Assembly (NCBI RefSeq): GCF_001194135.2
Contig: NC_068982.1
Span: forward strand, 13,580,880 to 13,644,448
DNA from: Octopus bimaculoides
Lineage: Eukaryota
Direction of reading: 5' to 3'
DNA: 63,569 nt
Below the pieces are notes generated by a model. The model worked only from the letters and a program-made list of their open reading frames with translations, searched no databases and was not told the origin of the DNA. This document shows positions 23,849 to 36,658 of the stretch, one piece after another (position 1 is the first letter of the stretch; each line of letters opens with the position of its first letter). A program made the translations under genes and the position numbers.

Positions 23849-23960
23849 ATTTTACTGATCTTTGAAAATGCTAAGCATCCACTTTATAATATCAACAATA
23901 AATATAAGCATCATATCACTGTTTTACTCAGTTACTTACAATTGAACCCATGGATAATCA

Positions 23961-24131
23961 ACACACACACATAATGGGCTTCCATACACTTTCAGTCAAC
24001 GAATTCCACTCAAAAAGTCATTGTTTCCCCTGGGGCTATAGTATAAAACTCTTACCCAAAGTTCTGAACATTCTGTAGCACTGAACCTGAGACCATGTAG
24101 TTGGGAAATAAACTTCTTAACCACACAGCCA
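23961..24131 (-). mobile_element. SINE family A, diverged 5' half
   Basis: GGGCTTCC...ATTCCACTCA...GGCTATAGT...CTGAACCTGAGACCATGT...AACCACACAGCC. Confidence 0.7.
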
Positions 24132-24577
24132 AGTCTGCTACTGAATGCAAGTTGTTATCAGCTGCAAAAGCCTGCACTCTTGAAATTAGCTGCTCATTAT
24201 TAATTCATTGTAGATAATAAGCTCTTTGCAACTGCAAAATAAACCAATGTTCAACGCATATTTCTTCTGCCAGTGTTTCTAAGACGGAATGCAATAGTTA
24301 AGATAAGGTTTAATCTTCTAGCAATTTGTGTCATAGTTTAGTAGCATTATATCACACATTACTTAATATTAGTAAGATTCAAAGTTTCTTGTTTAACCCA
24401 AGGTTAGTTCTTACTGGACCAATATTCTAAAGCATTACAGTTATGACTATCCTGTCATTTCTTAATATACAGGGACCAGAATCACATAATCCTATGTTTT
24501 TAAGTGTGTCTCTAAAGATTTTTTATAGAATTTAGAGCTAGCACTGAAAGTTACAATGTTTTCTATACGAATGCACC

Positions 24578-24870
24578 CAGTGGCAGACTGGGTCTAAAAA
24601 TATTGGTTGCCAGGAGACAAGGAGGCCCACTTGCAACTACAATGCTATAATTTAATTTTTTTTTTTTTTTTTAAAAGCGTTCTTTTCTACTGTCTACATA
24701 CACAGCCAGGCTGAAATAATTAATGCAGTCTTCCAGGACTGAATAAAAAATTCTCAAACTTGAGGGGATGGGCTCCTTAGATACTAACATGGGCCCCCAT
24801 ATATGGACACTAATGGCAGAGGGGTCCATTTGCCATTGAGCAAGCTAGCAACCTGACCAGTCCGCCACTG
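24578..24870. mobile_element. hAT-type MITE (293 bp)
   Basis: 14-bp TIRs CAGTGGCAGACTGG / CCAGTCCGCCACTG; 8-bp TSD AATGCACC / AATACACC. Confidence 0.85.
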
Positions 24871-24929
24871 AATACACCTATATAAACAATGTGATCAAAG
24901 ACAGTAAAACAGGTAATTGGTTTATATAG

Positions 24930-25137
24930 TACCACTGGACTGGCCCTCATGCTGGTGGCACGTAAAAAGAACCCAATACACTCTCGGAGTGGTTGGCATT
25001 AGGAAGGGCATCCAGCTGTAGAAACTCTGCCAAATCAGATTGGAGCCTGGTGTAGCCATCTGGTCTCCAGTCCTCAGTCAAATCGTCCAACCCATACTAG
25101 CATGGAAAGCGGACGTTAAATGATGATGATGATGATA
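24930..25137 (+). mobile_element. SINE family C
   Basis: Core and (GAT)n tail. Confidence 0.9.
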
Positions 25138-25716
25138 TACTCTTAAGTGCCTTTACTAATATATAAGGGTGTGATTTAAAAGAGATTTGGTTGCCATATC
25201 TAGCAAGTCAAACGACTATGTAGGAGCACCCTCATTGGCTCATTGTTTAAAAGTAGAAATGTAAGTTAATTAATTAAGATTATAATATTTAGGCATTATA
25301 ACTTTGGTTTCAGTTTATGTTTCAAGTGGAAACAATATCCCTTTTACTTACAGAAGAACCACTAAGATACTTACAGGAGAACCACTAAGATAAGTATCTT
25401 AGTCGTTCTCCTGTAAGTAAAGTTATAGCTGACTTGAGAAAAAGAGCTTCTGCTTTGAAATTAAATTCGACCAAATAAATCTCAAGGTGTCCACATTTTG
25501 AGATGATTAATTATAAAGGAAATACAATGCTCAGTTGGAACTGTTAAATAACTATAAGAATTTGAGTGGTTGCTTCAGTCCGATTTTTGCAGTAATAGAC
25601 TGTAGGTACAGATTAGATTTACACACACATACACCCATCAACCCACATGAAGATATTGTGTGTGCGTGTGTGTGTTGTGTGTATGCTGTGCATGTAAGTG
25701 TGTATTTATGTATGTG

Positions 25717-25764
<48 letters not shown>

Positions 25765-26204
25765 NNNNNNNNNNNNNNNNNNNNNNNNNNNNNNNNNNNN
25801 NNNNNNNNNNNNNNNNNNNNNNNNNNNNNNNNNNNNNNNNNNNNNNNNNNNNNNNNNNNNNNNNNNNNNNNNNNNNNNNNNNNNNNNNNNNNNNNNNNNN
25901 NNNNNNNNNNNNNNNNNNNNNNNNNNNNNNNNNNNNNNNNNNNNNNNNNNNNNNNNNNNNNNNNNNNNNNNNNNNNNNNNNNNNNNNNNNNNNNNNNNNN
26001 NNNNNNNNNNNNNNNNNNNNNNNNNNNNNNNNNNNNNNNNNNNNNNNNNNNNNNNNNNNNNNNNNNNNNNNNNNNNNNNNNNNNNNNNNNNNNNNNNNNN
26101 NNNNNNNNNNNNNNNNNNNNNNNNNNNNNNNNNNNNNNNNNNNNNNNNNNNNNNNNNNNNNNNNNNNNNNNNNNNNNNNNNNNNNNNNNNNNNNNATATA
26201 TATA

Positions 26205-26400
26205 TATATATATATACATATATACATGCATATATATACGACAGGCTTCTCTCAGTTTCTGTCTACCAAATCCACTCACAAGGCTTTGGTCAGCCCGAGG
26301 CTATAGTAGAAGACACTTGCCCAAGGTGCCATGCAGTGGGACTGAACCCGGAATCATGTGGTTCGTAACCAAGCTACTTACCACACAGCCACTCCTACAT
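26205..26400 (-). mobile_element. SINE family A, 5' half
   Basis: Matches the family A head and CORE-like region. Confidence 0.85.
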
Positions 26401-26610
26401 ATGTATGCATGTATTTATGTATGTATCATTAATTACTATTATAAATGTCTTTCCATGTAGTGTAGCTTTGAAGAAGGAATATTATCAATACTATTTAGTG
26501 CAAAGTGTGCCAGATAAAGAGACAGCTTCTAAAGCCCAGAATCATGAAATTATATCCTGTTACTTTAAGCAGGCTGTGTGTATTTGTGTGTGTGAGTCTA
26601 TGCATATATG

Positions 26611-26641
<31 letters not shown>

Positions 26642-26740
26642 TCTATGCATATATGGTGTGTGTGTGTGTGTGTGTGCTTCATGTAAGGAATTAAGAAACT
26701 TATTCAAACCATTTTATCTAGTAGTAGAACAGTAAAGAGT

Positions 26741-27045
26741 GGAGGCGCGTGGCTTAGTGGTTAGGGTATCAGCATCATGATCGTAAGATTGTGGTTTCGA
26801 TTCCTGGACCGGGCGACGCATTGTGTTCTTGATCAAAACACTTCATTTCANNNNNNNNNNGACCGGGCGACGCATTGTGTTCTTGATCAAAACACTTCAT
26901 TTCACATTGCTCCAATCCACACAGCTGGCAAAAATGAGTAATGCTGCGATGGACTGGCATCCCATCCAGCTGGAGAACACATATACCATTGAAACCGGGA
27001 AACTGGGCCCATAAGCCTGGCTAGGCTTTAAAAGGGTGCAATTAT
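26741..27045 (+). mobile_element. SINE family D (tRNA head)
   Basis: A box TGGCTTAGTGG, B box GGTTTCGATTCC, body GATGGACTGGCATCCCATCCAG, end GGCTAGGCTTTAAAAGGG; 40 bp duplicated across a 10-N gap. Confidence 0.85.
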
Positions 27046-27344
27046 TTTAAGAGCTGTAAAGAACTAAGGAATAAATATCATAGTCATTATCAGTATGTCT
27101 TTATAAAGGTATCTAATGTGAGCTTGATAATGTTAAGATGGTTGGCTATCAGGTGGAGCAACCATTTAAATGTCTCCCTCCCCATCAAGTATGGATAGCT
27201 AGTGATAATTTAGCATCTGCATGAGAAAGAGTAAAACACTTCTGTTGCTAATAAAATGCTTCTGTTGCTAATAATTATTTTTTAATAATCCCACTGGCTA
27301 TTTGCAACACCAGTACCTGATCAGCCACTGAAATTTTATGTATA

Positions 27345-27582
27345 TTTACTATCCGAACGTGGCCGATGCCAGTACCACCTGACTGGCTCCCATGCCAGTG
27401 GCACGTAAAAAGCACCCACTACACTCTCAGAGTGGTTGGTGTTAGGAAGGGCATTCAGCTGTAGAAACACTGCCAGATCAAATTTGTGCCTGGTGCAGCT
27501 GCTGGCTTTCCAGACCTCTGTCAAACTGTACAATCCATGCCAGCATGGAAAACAGACGTTAAACGATGATGATGATGATGAT
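27345..27582 (+). mobile_element. SINE family C
   Basis: One internal unit, core and (GAT)n tail. Confidence 0.9.
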
Positions 27583-27856
27583 TGCTAGCAGAAACATCAC
27601 TGCTATCTCCAGTGTTTAAGCATCTACCATTGACAAGGTCAAAAGAGGCTGAAATGACAAAGTCTGGTTGTCTCGATGATGGAATTATCTACCACTGGCA
27701 ATATAAACAAGAGTGCTTCTGTGCACCAAATGCCCTTATGTGAGATTATCTATTGATAACTATTGCAGTTGTTCCGTGTTCTAACACAACATCCACTTTT
27801 AAATATGGATGAATATTAACTAATGACATCCTTTAACTTAAATATATTGAATATTA

Positions 27857-28460
27857 TGGACGGTCTACCAGCGTCATGCCAGGAAGCTGAGCCACTTTCA
27901 TACAATACACCTCAGAAAACCTCTTGGCATAAAGTGGCAGGACAGGATCCTGGACACTGAGGTACTAATATGTACTAACCTGCCCAGCATCCATACCATC
28001 TTGATGCAGTCTCAGCTTTGCTGGGCAGGGCACGTAGCTCGCATGTCAGACGATCGATTACCAAAAAGATTGCTCTTTGGCGAGCTGCAGAAGGGAAAGC
28101 GCTCACAAGGCGGCCAGACGAAGTGCTTTAAGGACACACTGAAAGCCTCACTGAAGGCCTTCAACATCAGCCATGCAGCTTGGGAGCAGTCTGCTCTAGA
28201 CAGAGAAAGGTGGCAATCAGCTGTCCACAAGGGTGCCAACACATATGAGACCAATAGGATCACTGCTGCAGAAGACTGCAGACAAGCCAGGAAGAACAGA
28301 GATAACAACCCTGTAGCAGGCGCTACCATTTCCTGTCCACACTGTCAAAGACTCTTTCGGGCGCAGATTGGCCTCACTAGCCATCTGCGGACCCACAAAA
28401 AAAGCCCACCCTCACCCCAGGATGACTAGATGGTCTTCGTCACATCGTCAGACAAACTAC
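27857..28460 (+). mobile_element. 5'-truncated RTE (BovB-like) LINE; open frame 27857-28429 encoding the ORF C-terminus
   Basis: WTVYQRHARKL...LCWAGHVARMSDDRLPKRLLFGEL...CPHCQRLFRAQIGLTSHLRTH (C2H2); TSD ATTGAATATTA 27846-27856 / ATTGAGTATTA 28461-28471. Confidence 0.95.
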
Positions 28461-28860
28461 ATTGAGTATTAAAAAATACATATCTGATTCATATAGACAC
28501 CCAAGCATATAAATACATAATGTATAAATAATATTTGAGAAAACCATTCCCTATTTATAGAAAAGTTAAGAGAGGTAATGGGAAAGAATACAAAAATAAA
28601 CATATTCTATTAAATGCTGTCACACACTACTTGAAATAAAGTTTACTTCAGGATGATCATAAGAAATTATATTGTATAGCTTCAACTAACTTCAACTGAA
28701 TAGCAAAGTAAAAATTTTTTTTTTTTTTTTTGTATTTTTTCTTTGCTTTTTTTTTCTAAGGTTATCTATAGAAATAGATTAGCTTCTAAAATATACTTAC
28801 AATCTCTTCGTTTTGTGAAAAGCTATATATAATATAATATAATATCATATTATATGTTTC

Positions 28861-28900
<40 letters not shown>

Positions 28901-30267
28901 ACACACATACATATACATATACATANNNNNNNNNNNNNNNNNNNNNNNNNNNNNNNNNNNNNNNNNNNNNNNNNNNNNNNNNNNNNNNNNNNNNNNNNNN
29001 NNNNNNNNNNNNNNNNNNNNNNNNNNNNNNNNNNNNNNNNNNNNNNNNNNNNNNNNNNNNNNNNNNNNNNNNNNNNNNNNNNNNNNNNNNNNNNNNNNNN
29101 NNNNNNNNNNNNNNNNNNNNNNNNNNNNNNNNNNNNNNNNNNNNNNNNNNNNNNNNNNNNNNNNNNNNNNNNNNNNNNNNNNNNNNNNNNNNNNNNNNNN
29201 NNNNNNNNNNNNNNNNNNNNNNNNNNNNNNNNNGCAGTTTGTACAAAAATCTCATAGAACATTTTTATTATATTTCTTTCTTTTTCTTTTTTTTTTTCTT
29301 TGAAGCACTGTTATGACTTAAAGAAATTTAAGAATTTACGAATACAATGAAATTTGAAAGCCTCCTGACATATATGCTTTTTACTGAAGAAATTGCCTAT
29401 ATTGAAGGCACATTCAATGAGCCAATTTTGAATGTACAATAAATTGACTTAAGTGAATCGACACAAATATAGATTGAACAAAAACAAGATTTCACAGAAG
29501 AGGAGAAGAAAAAAAAAGGGAAAATTGAAAATTTCCACTAAATTATTCTGAGAAATGTGGGGGGGGGGGTTACCTTTTTAACAAGTTAAAGAAAGCAACT
29601 AGTTTATCTTGGAGAAGAAGTAAAAAGAAATGTTCATTAAACTGTTGTAAATGTATCAATATTGAATAGATCAGGTTTGCTTCTCTAATAAGATATTCCA
29701 ACAACACTGGTGTGTCAATAGTTCTCTGTAATTGTTGACGAAATAAATGGAATGTTGTGTGACTTTACAAAGAAGCAACGACAGAATATTCTGCATGCAG
29801 AATTCCAGAGATAAAATATAATTAAAAGTTCAGAGAAAACTAATGGTTTTATCAGAACTAAAAGTGTGTCTACTTAATATATGTCATTGTTGTTGTTGTT
29901 GTTTCTGTTGTTATTGGTGCTGTTTAGCCCCCAGTCAGCTGTGAAGAACAATTGTAGCTTACCATGACACACTTTTGTGAGAGATCTTTGGAAAGATATA
30001 ATACATGGGTAAATGTTATTTTTCTTTTTAGACTTCAGAAAAGATCAGAACTAATATTTAAACAGACAGTGGATTAAACCATACAAGTTTCCTTCAGTTT
30101 TTGCTAAGATTTGAAATGTCTTGTTTCTGTATACCATGTACTTTTATAACCAATGCTTCATTGTAACGCATCTCTGTATCTGTAGTACAGATAAAAACAT
30201 TTCATCTCAGAGGATGTTAGATATTCATTAACTAAGCTACCAGGTAATTTTTTAATAAGAAGGTGCA

Positions 30268-30872
30268 AAGCAGCAAGCTGGCAGAAACATTAGCACGCCA
30301 GATGAAATGCTTAGCGGTATTTCGTCTGCCTCTACTTTCTAAGTTCAAATTCCGCCGAGGTCGACTTTGCCTTTCATCCGTTCAGGGTAGATAAACTAAG
30401 TACCAGTTATGTACTGGAGTCGATGTTGTCGACTTAATCCCTTTGTCTGTCCTTGTTTGTCCCCTCTATATTTAGCCTCTTGTGGGCAATAAAGAAATAA
30501 GAAACATTAGCAGGCCGGGTGAAATGATTAGCAGTATTTTGTCTGTTTTTATGATCTGGGTTCAAATTCCACTGATGTCAGCTTTGCCTTTCATCCTTTC
30601 GAGTTCGATAAATTAAGTACCAGTTGTGTACTGGGGTCAATCTAATGAACTGGCCCCCTCCCCCAAAAATGTTGGGCCTTATGCCTAGAGTAGAAAAGAA
30701 TAATGATTAACAGTATCTTGTCTGTCTTTATGATCTGGGTTCAAATTCCACTGATGTCAACTTTGCCTTTCATCCTTTCGGGGTCGATAAATTAAGTACC
30801 AGTTGCGTACTGGGTTGAACTAATCAACTGGCCCTCTCCCCAAACGTTTTGGGCCTTATGGCCTAGAATAAT
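30268..30872 (+). mobile_element. SINE family B trimer
   Basis: Three GTTCAAATTCC...CTTTGCCTTTCATCC...AAGTACCAGTT units; units 2 and 3 (period 179 bp) share private variants. Confidence 0.9.
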
Positions 30873-31516
30873 GAGAATGCGAGTGGAGCATTTGTGAACA
30901 TATAGTAAAATTTCATTTTTTGTACATTATACTTATCATATTTAAGTTTAGGGCTATAACTAAGAAATTAGTGCTGACAGGGATTTTTAAAATTCCTTGA
31001 GCCTATCAAGTGTCATTTCTAATTCTCTTTAGTTGAAGTCTCTTCTTATCATAAGACATGATCAGTCCATTACCTCTGTAAACCCTTGTCAAAGTTTAAC
31101 TGGAATGAGTCTAAGATAAACAACCCTATCAAATTACATACATCAGTTCAATTAAAGCTCTCCATAGGGACTTTGAATAGTTCAGCACAATCGCATATCA
31201 TTCAGATTGAAATAACAAAGAGAAGGGGATTTCGATGTGTATAATCACATTAATGCTAACATCACTAAACTGGAAAAAATCAGTTAACAAAATCTAAAGC
31301 TTGGTTAAGAAGGCTAAAAATCTACACTGCCACATGGTGTAAATTTGCAGACATGTTTATTGTTTATATAATCAAGAGAAGGAAGGTTGGTGGCTGGAAG
31401 ATCATTGAATAACATGTATTCATTTACTGATTTTACTTAATTGGCATTTAACAGGGTTAATTAGTTGGCATTTGGGGAAGACTAAGAAATTCTCTCTCTC
31501 TTTCTCTCTCTCGTTC

Positions 31517-31596
<80 letters not shown>

Positions 31597-31638
31597 NNNN
31601 NNNNNNNNNNNNNNNNNNNNNNNNNNNNNNNNNNNNNN

Positions 31639-31678
<40 letters not shown>

Positions 31679-31766
31679 ATGCATGTGTGTGTGCATATAT
31701 ATATATATATATATAACTACCTATGTTTTATCTATATGTATATGTGCGTGTGTGTATGTATATATT

Positions 31767-31975
31767 TTTATTTGTTTCAGTCATTTCACTGCAGCCATGC
31801 TGGAGCACTGCTTTTAGTCGAGCAAATAGACCTCAGGACTTATTCTTTGTGACCCTAGTATTTATTCTATTAGTCTCTCTTGCCGAACCGCTAAGTGACG
31901 GGGACGTAAACACACCAGCATCGGTTGTCAAGCGATGTTAGGGGGACAAACACAGACACACAAACACATAACTGT
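31767..31975 (-). mobile_element. SINE family A, 3' half
   Basis: TTGTTTCAGTCATTT..CCATGCTGGAGCAC...GGGGACAAACACAGACAC. Confidence 0.85.
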
Positions 31976-32006
31976 GTGTGTGTGTGTGTGTGTGTGNNNN
32001 NNNNNN

Positions 32007-32081
<75 letters not shown>

Positions 32082-33214
32082 ACTACCTATGTTTTATGTA
32101 TTTGTGTGTGTGTGTATGTATGTATCTGTTGTACAGGAGTGGATGGAGCCTTTGGTCGAGGGAGACCTACAAAGACCTTAGATAAGTAATGATACAGTCG
32201 GTCTGAAGAAGCTGAGCCTCACAAAGAATATGGCAAAGAACTGTGGTGAATAGCAATTTATAGTAATTGTGAAATGCTGTCCAACCATGCAAAGATGGCA
32301 AAATGAAGATTAAAACAGTGAGAGAGCCAAAGGTTAAGCTTTAGAACTTTTTGCATTTCAAACCTCTTATTGTTATTATTTATCATTTTATTCCACTGAG
32401 TTCGACTTTGCCTGTCATCCATTTGGGGTCGATAAACTAAGTACCAGTTGCATACTGTGGTTGATGTAATTGACTGGACACCTCCTCATCAGATAGTAGA
32501 AAGGATTATTATTTATCACTCTACCTCTGTACCAACATCTCTCCCGTCATCATCCTTCTTAGTTGCTAGCCATCTCTCTCTTTTGTTTTTCTCTCTCTCT
32601 CTCTCTATCTATCTTTCTATCTATTTCTCTTACTATCACTCATCTTTGAAGCTCTCCATCTCTGTCTCTTACATTACTTCCTCTCTTGTTTTCATTACTT
32701 TCTCTACCAATTACTACCACTTCTTTCACAATCTCATCCTTATCACTTTGTTTGCTCACATCATAATCTTTTTTCTACCATCCTCTCGCCGTTAGTGCTC
32801 TGCCTATCCTCACTCTTTCTTTCATTTACCTAAAATTGCCTTAAATGAAGAGGAAGAGACAACAAATAGTCACGAAGACTCTCTAGTCTTCTTGGAGACA
32901 AGGCAGCCACTAGACCCTGTAAAATGAAAGTCAAATGAACAGAGCTAAATAAGGATATAAAGAACCTTGCTCTCATTTGCTAAGGACAGTACAACCTCTC
33001 TGATGCTGGTGCCACATCAAAATGCACTCACTGTAAATCGGTTGCCCTTCATCTGTAGAAAACATGATAGACAAAAATGTAGCGTACAAGTGAGATATGT
33101 TTGTCAGCCTAAATAGGAGAGCAGTAGTCCCTTCCAGTGCCCACCAAGTAGCCTTCTCTGTTGTGAAGGCCTGCTTAATCTAGGCTAGCATGGGAAGTGG
33201 TTTTGAAGTAATAG

Positions 33215-33245
<31 letters not shown>

Positions 33246-33254
33246 AATATCCAT

Positions 33255-33556
33255 ACATTTAAGTGTGTGTGTGTATAAATATACATATGCATACATACAT
33301 CCATATGTACATGTGTGTATGTATATAGATACATACATACATATATATACATATATATACACACACACACACATACATATTTATATAAATATATATATAC
33401 ACACACACATACATATATACATATGTGTGCATGTGTATATACACATATCTATATATATATCCACACACACACACACATACACATACATACATGTGTGTGT
33501 GTGTATACATATATACATATATATATACACACACACATACATACATATTTATATAA

Positions 33557-33590
<34 letters not shown>

Positions 33591-33690
33591 GTGTGTGTAT
33601 ATATACATATCTATATATATATTCACACACACACACACACATACATACACACATACATACATACATACATACATATGTGTGTGTGTGTAT
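33255..33690. repeat. Compound (CA)/(TA)/(CATA) microsatellite with internal block duplication
   Basis: ACATACATATTTATATAAATATATATA block recurs near 33370 and 33540. Confidence 0.9.
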
Positions 33691-34262
33691 GTAGCCAGAA
33701 GTGGCTATAATACAAAGTGATTAGAGAGACAAGTTACAATTGATAGAAGGTGAAAAAGTCAAGTACTTGCTCATGTAATAGTGTTATGTTATCAATGAAA
33801 CTGTTCCAAATTAGCTTCTAAAGATAAATAAATCTTGTTAATTATCTTGTACAATTAGTAATATCAAACTCCCTCAAATCACACCTTACCATCTGAAAAG
33901 AAGAATAAATTGGATAATGTTGTCCTAGCCTGTTTAGTAGATGAGAAGGTCACAGCTGGACTGCCTTTGATCATCTGTTTGCTTGATGAAAGTTGACCCG
34001 CAGCCAAGAAACATCAAATGAAGCGCCCCACATTTAAAATTTACATAAATGGAAATGTCGTGGATGAAAGGTTTTGAAAAAAAAGAAAGAAAAAACCCAC
34101 TCAAAAACATGTTTTTTGTAAGAGACGAACCAACAAAAATTATTATCAGAAGCTATAAGAATATTCTGATTGCACTGACTGAGCAGCAAACTATGATATC
34201 TGTTTTCATATGTATTATTATTTATCTTGGTTACGATGCTGAGCTGGCAGAACCATTAGCAT

Positions 34263-34487
34263 CTATTTATTTATTGCCCATAAAGGGCTAAACATAGAAA
34301 GGACAAACAAGAACAGACAAAGGGATGAAGTCGATTACATCAACTCCAGTGCGTAACTGGTACTTAATTTATCGACCCTTAAAGGATGAAAGGTAAAGTC
34401 GACCTCAGCAGAATTTGAACTCAGAACATAACGGCAGACGAAATACCATTAAGCATTTCGCCCGGTGTGCTAACGGTTCTGCCAGCT
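34263..34487 (-). mobile_element. SINE family B inserted antisense into a family B head
   Basis: 21-bp direct repeat AGCTGGCAGAACCATTAGCAT at 34242-34262 and 34484-34504. Confidence 0.85.
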
Positions 34488-34504
34488 GGCAGAACCATTA
34501 GCAT

Positions 34505-34518
34505 TATCATCATCAACC

Positions 34519-34549
<31 letters not shown>

Positions 34550-35060
34550 TTAACGTCTGTTTTCCATGCTGGCATGGGTTGGATGGTTTGACTGGGGTCT
34601 GGGAAGCCAGGAGGCTGCACCAGGCTCTAGTCTGATCTGGCAGTGTTTCTACAGCTGGATGCCCTTCCTAACGCTAATCACTCCGAGAGTGTAGTGGGTG
34701 CTTTTTACGTGCCACTGGCACAGGGGCCAGAGAAGGCTAGCAACAACCACGATCAGTTGGTATGTTTTATGTGCCACCGACACGGAAGCCAGTCAAGGTG
34801 GCGCTGGCATCGGCCATGTTCAGATGGTGCTTTTTACATGCCACAGGCATCGGGAACACAACTAAAATTTCCATTTGATTTTCATTTGATGTACTTCACT
34901 CAATAGGTCTCCTCAAGCACGGCATGTTGCCCTACACTCCAAGGTACTTTTGAGTGAGCTGGTTATGTGACACTGGTGTAGGTTACAGCTGTGAACTCGC
35001 TTTATTTGCCGGGTCTTCTCAGTCAGAGCATATCTCCAGAGGTCTCAGTCTTTCATCATC
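34505..35060 (-). mobile_element. SINE family C, long copy
   Basis: (CAT)n tail, core and 5' extension. Confidence 0.85.
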
Positions 35061-35061
35061 C

Positions 35062-35204
35062 CCAGGACTTATTCTTTGTAAGCCTAGTATTTATTCTAGT
35101 GGTCTCATTTGCCAAACCGTTAATTTACAGGGGTGTAAACACACCAGCATTGGTTGTCAAGTGATGCTGGGGGGGGGGGGACAAACATAGGCACTCATGC
35201 ATAT

Positions 35205-35238
<34 letters not shown>

Positions 35239-35283
35239 NNNNNNNNNNGGGGGGGGGGGACAAACATAGGCACTCATGCATAT

Positions 35284-35324
<41 letters not shown>

Positions 35325-35475
35325 CGATGGGCTTCTTTCAGTTTTCATCTACAAAATCCACTTACAAGGCTTTAGTTGGCTCAAGACTATAGTAGAAGAC
35401 ACTTGCTCAAGGTGCCATGCAATGAGACTGAACCTGGAATTATGTGCTTAGGAAGCAAATGTCTTACCACACGTG
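35062..35475 (-). mobile_element. SINE family A
   Basis: Reverse complement of the consensus; about 70 bp duplicated across a gap. Confidence 0.85.
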
Positions 35476-35486
35476 TGTGCACATAT

Positions 35487-35526
<40 letters not shown>

Positions 35527-36185
35527 ATATATATATATGTTTTTCTGTACATATTTGTATGTATATGTGTGTGTATATGCATGCATATATATATATATAT
35601 ATATACATATGTATATGTGTTTGAGTATATACATATATATATATATATACATATATAGTAATGTTTATATGCCAGCATAATGTGACAGTCCTGCAAAGAA
35701 TGATGTTACTGTTTTAGCCCCAGGAAAACATCTTTTCCCGCTGACTAATGACATACAGTCTGTATCCATATATATAGCATTTGTAAAGGAAGTCATCGCT
35801 CCCATCTCTAGCCTTACGTGATACTCACAGGTTTCTGGATGTTATCTGTTCTCAGTGTGAGACAATCACCTGCTAGTGGTGAAAGCTATCTCCACTTGCA
35901 AATATTATATATTCTTTCAGCGACACACAGTCGCTGATCTTGTATCAAGAAATGCAACATGTTTTAATTCTCTGAGTGAGAGAAATACAGTAACAGTACC
36001 GGATAGTAATGTTTGTATGCCAACACAATGTGGCAGTCTTGTAAAGGACGATTTTACTGTTGTTTTAGCCCCAGGAAAACATCTTTTCCAGCTGGCTAAC
36101 AACAGACAGATATATATACATATATATATATATATTCATATTAATGAATTCCTTTTCACCCAAGTAGAGTAGGAAAATAATAAAT

Positions 36186-36431
36186 GTGCCCTTTTAAAGC
36201 CTAGCCAGGCTCATGGGTCCAGTTTCCCGGTTTCAGTGGCGTATGTGTTCCCCTGCTGGATGGGACACCAGTCCATTGCAGCATTACTTGGGTTTTTCCA
36301 GCTGAGTGGACTGGAGCAACATGAAATGAAGTATTTTGCTCAAGAACACAACGCGTCGCCCAGTCCAGGAATTGAAACCACAATCTTACGATCATGGTGC
36401 TGACACCCTAACCACAAAGCCACGCACCTCC
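36186..36431 (-). mobile_element. SINE family D, full length
   Basis: Reverse complement of 26741-27045. Confidence 0.9.
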
Positions 36432-36454
36432 ACTAAGAATAGGAAAGCAGAGGA

Positions 36455-36658
<204 letters not shown>

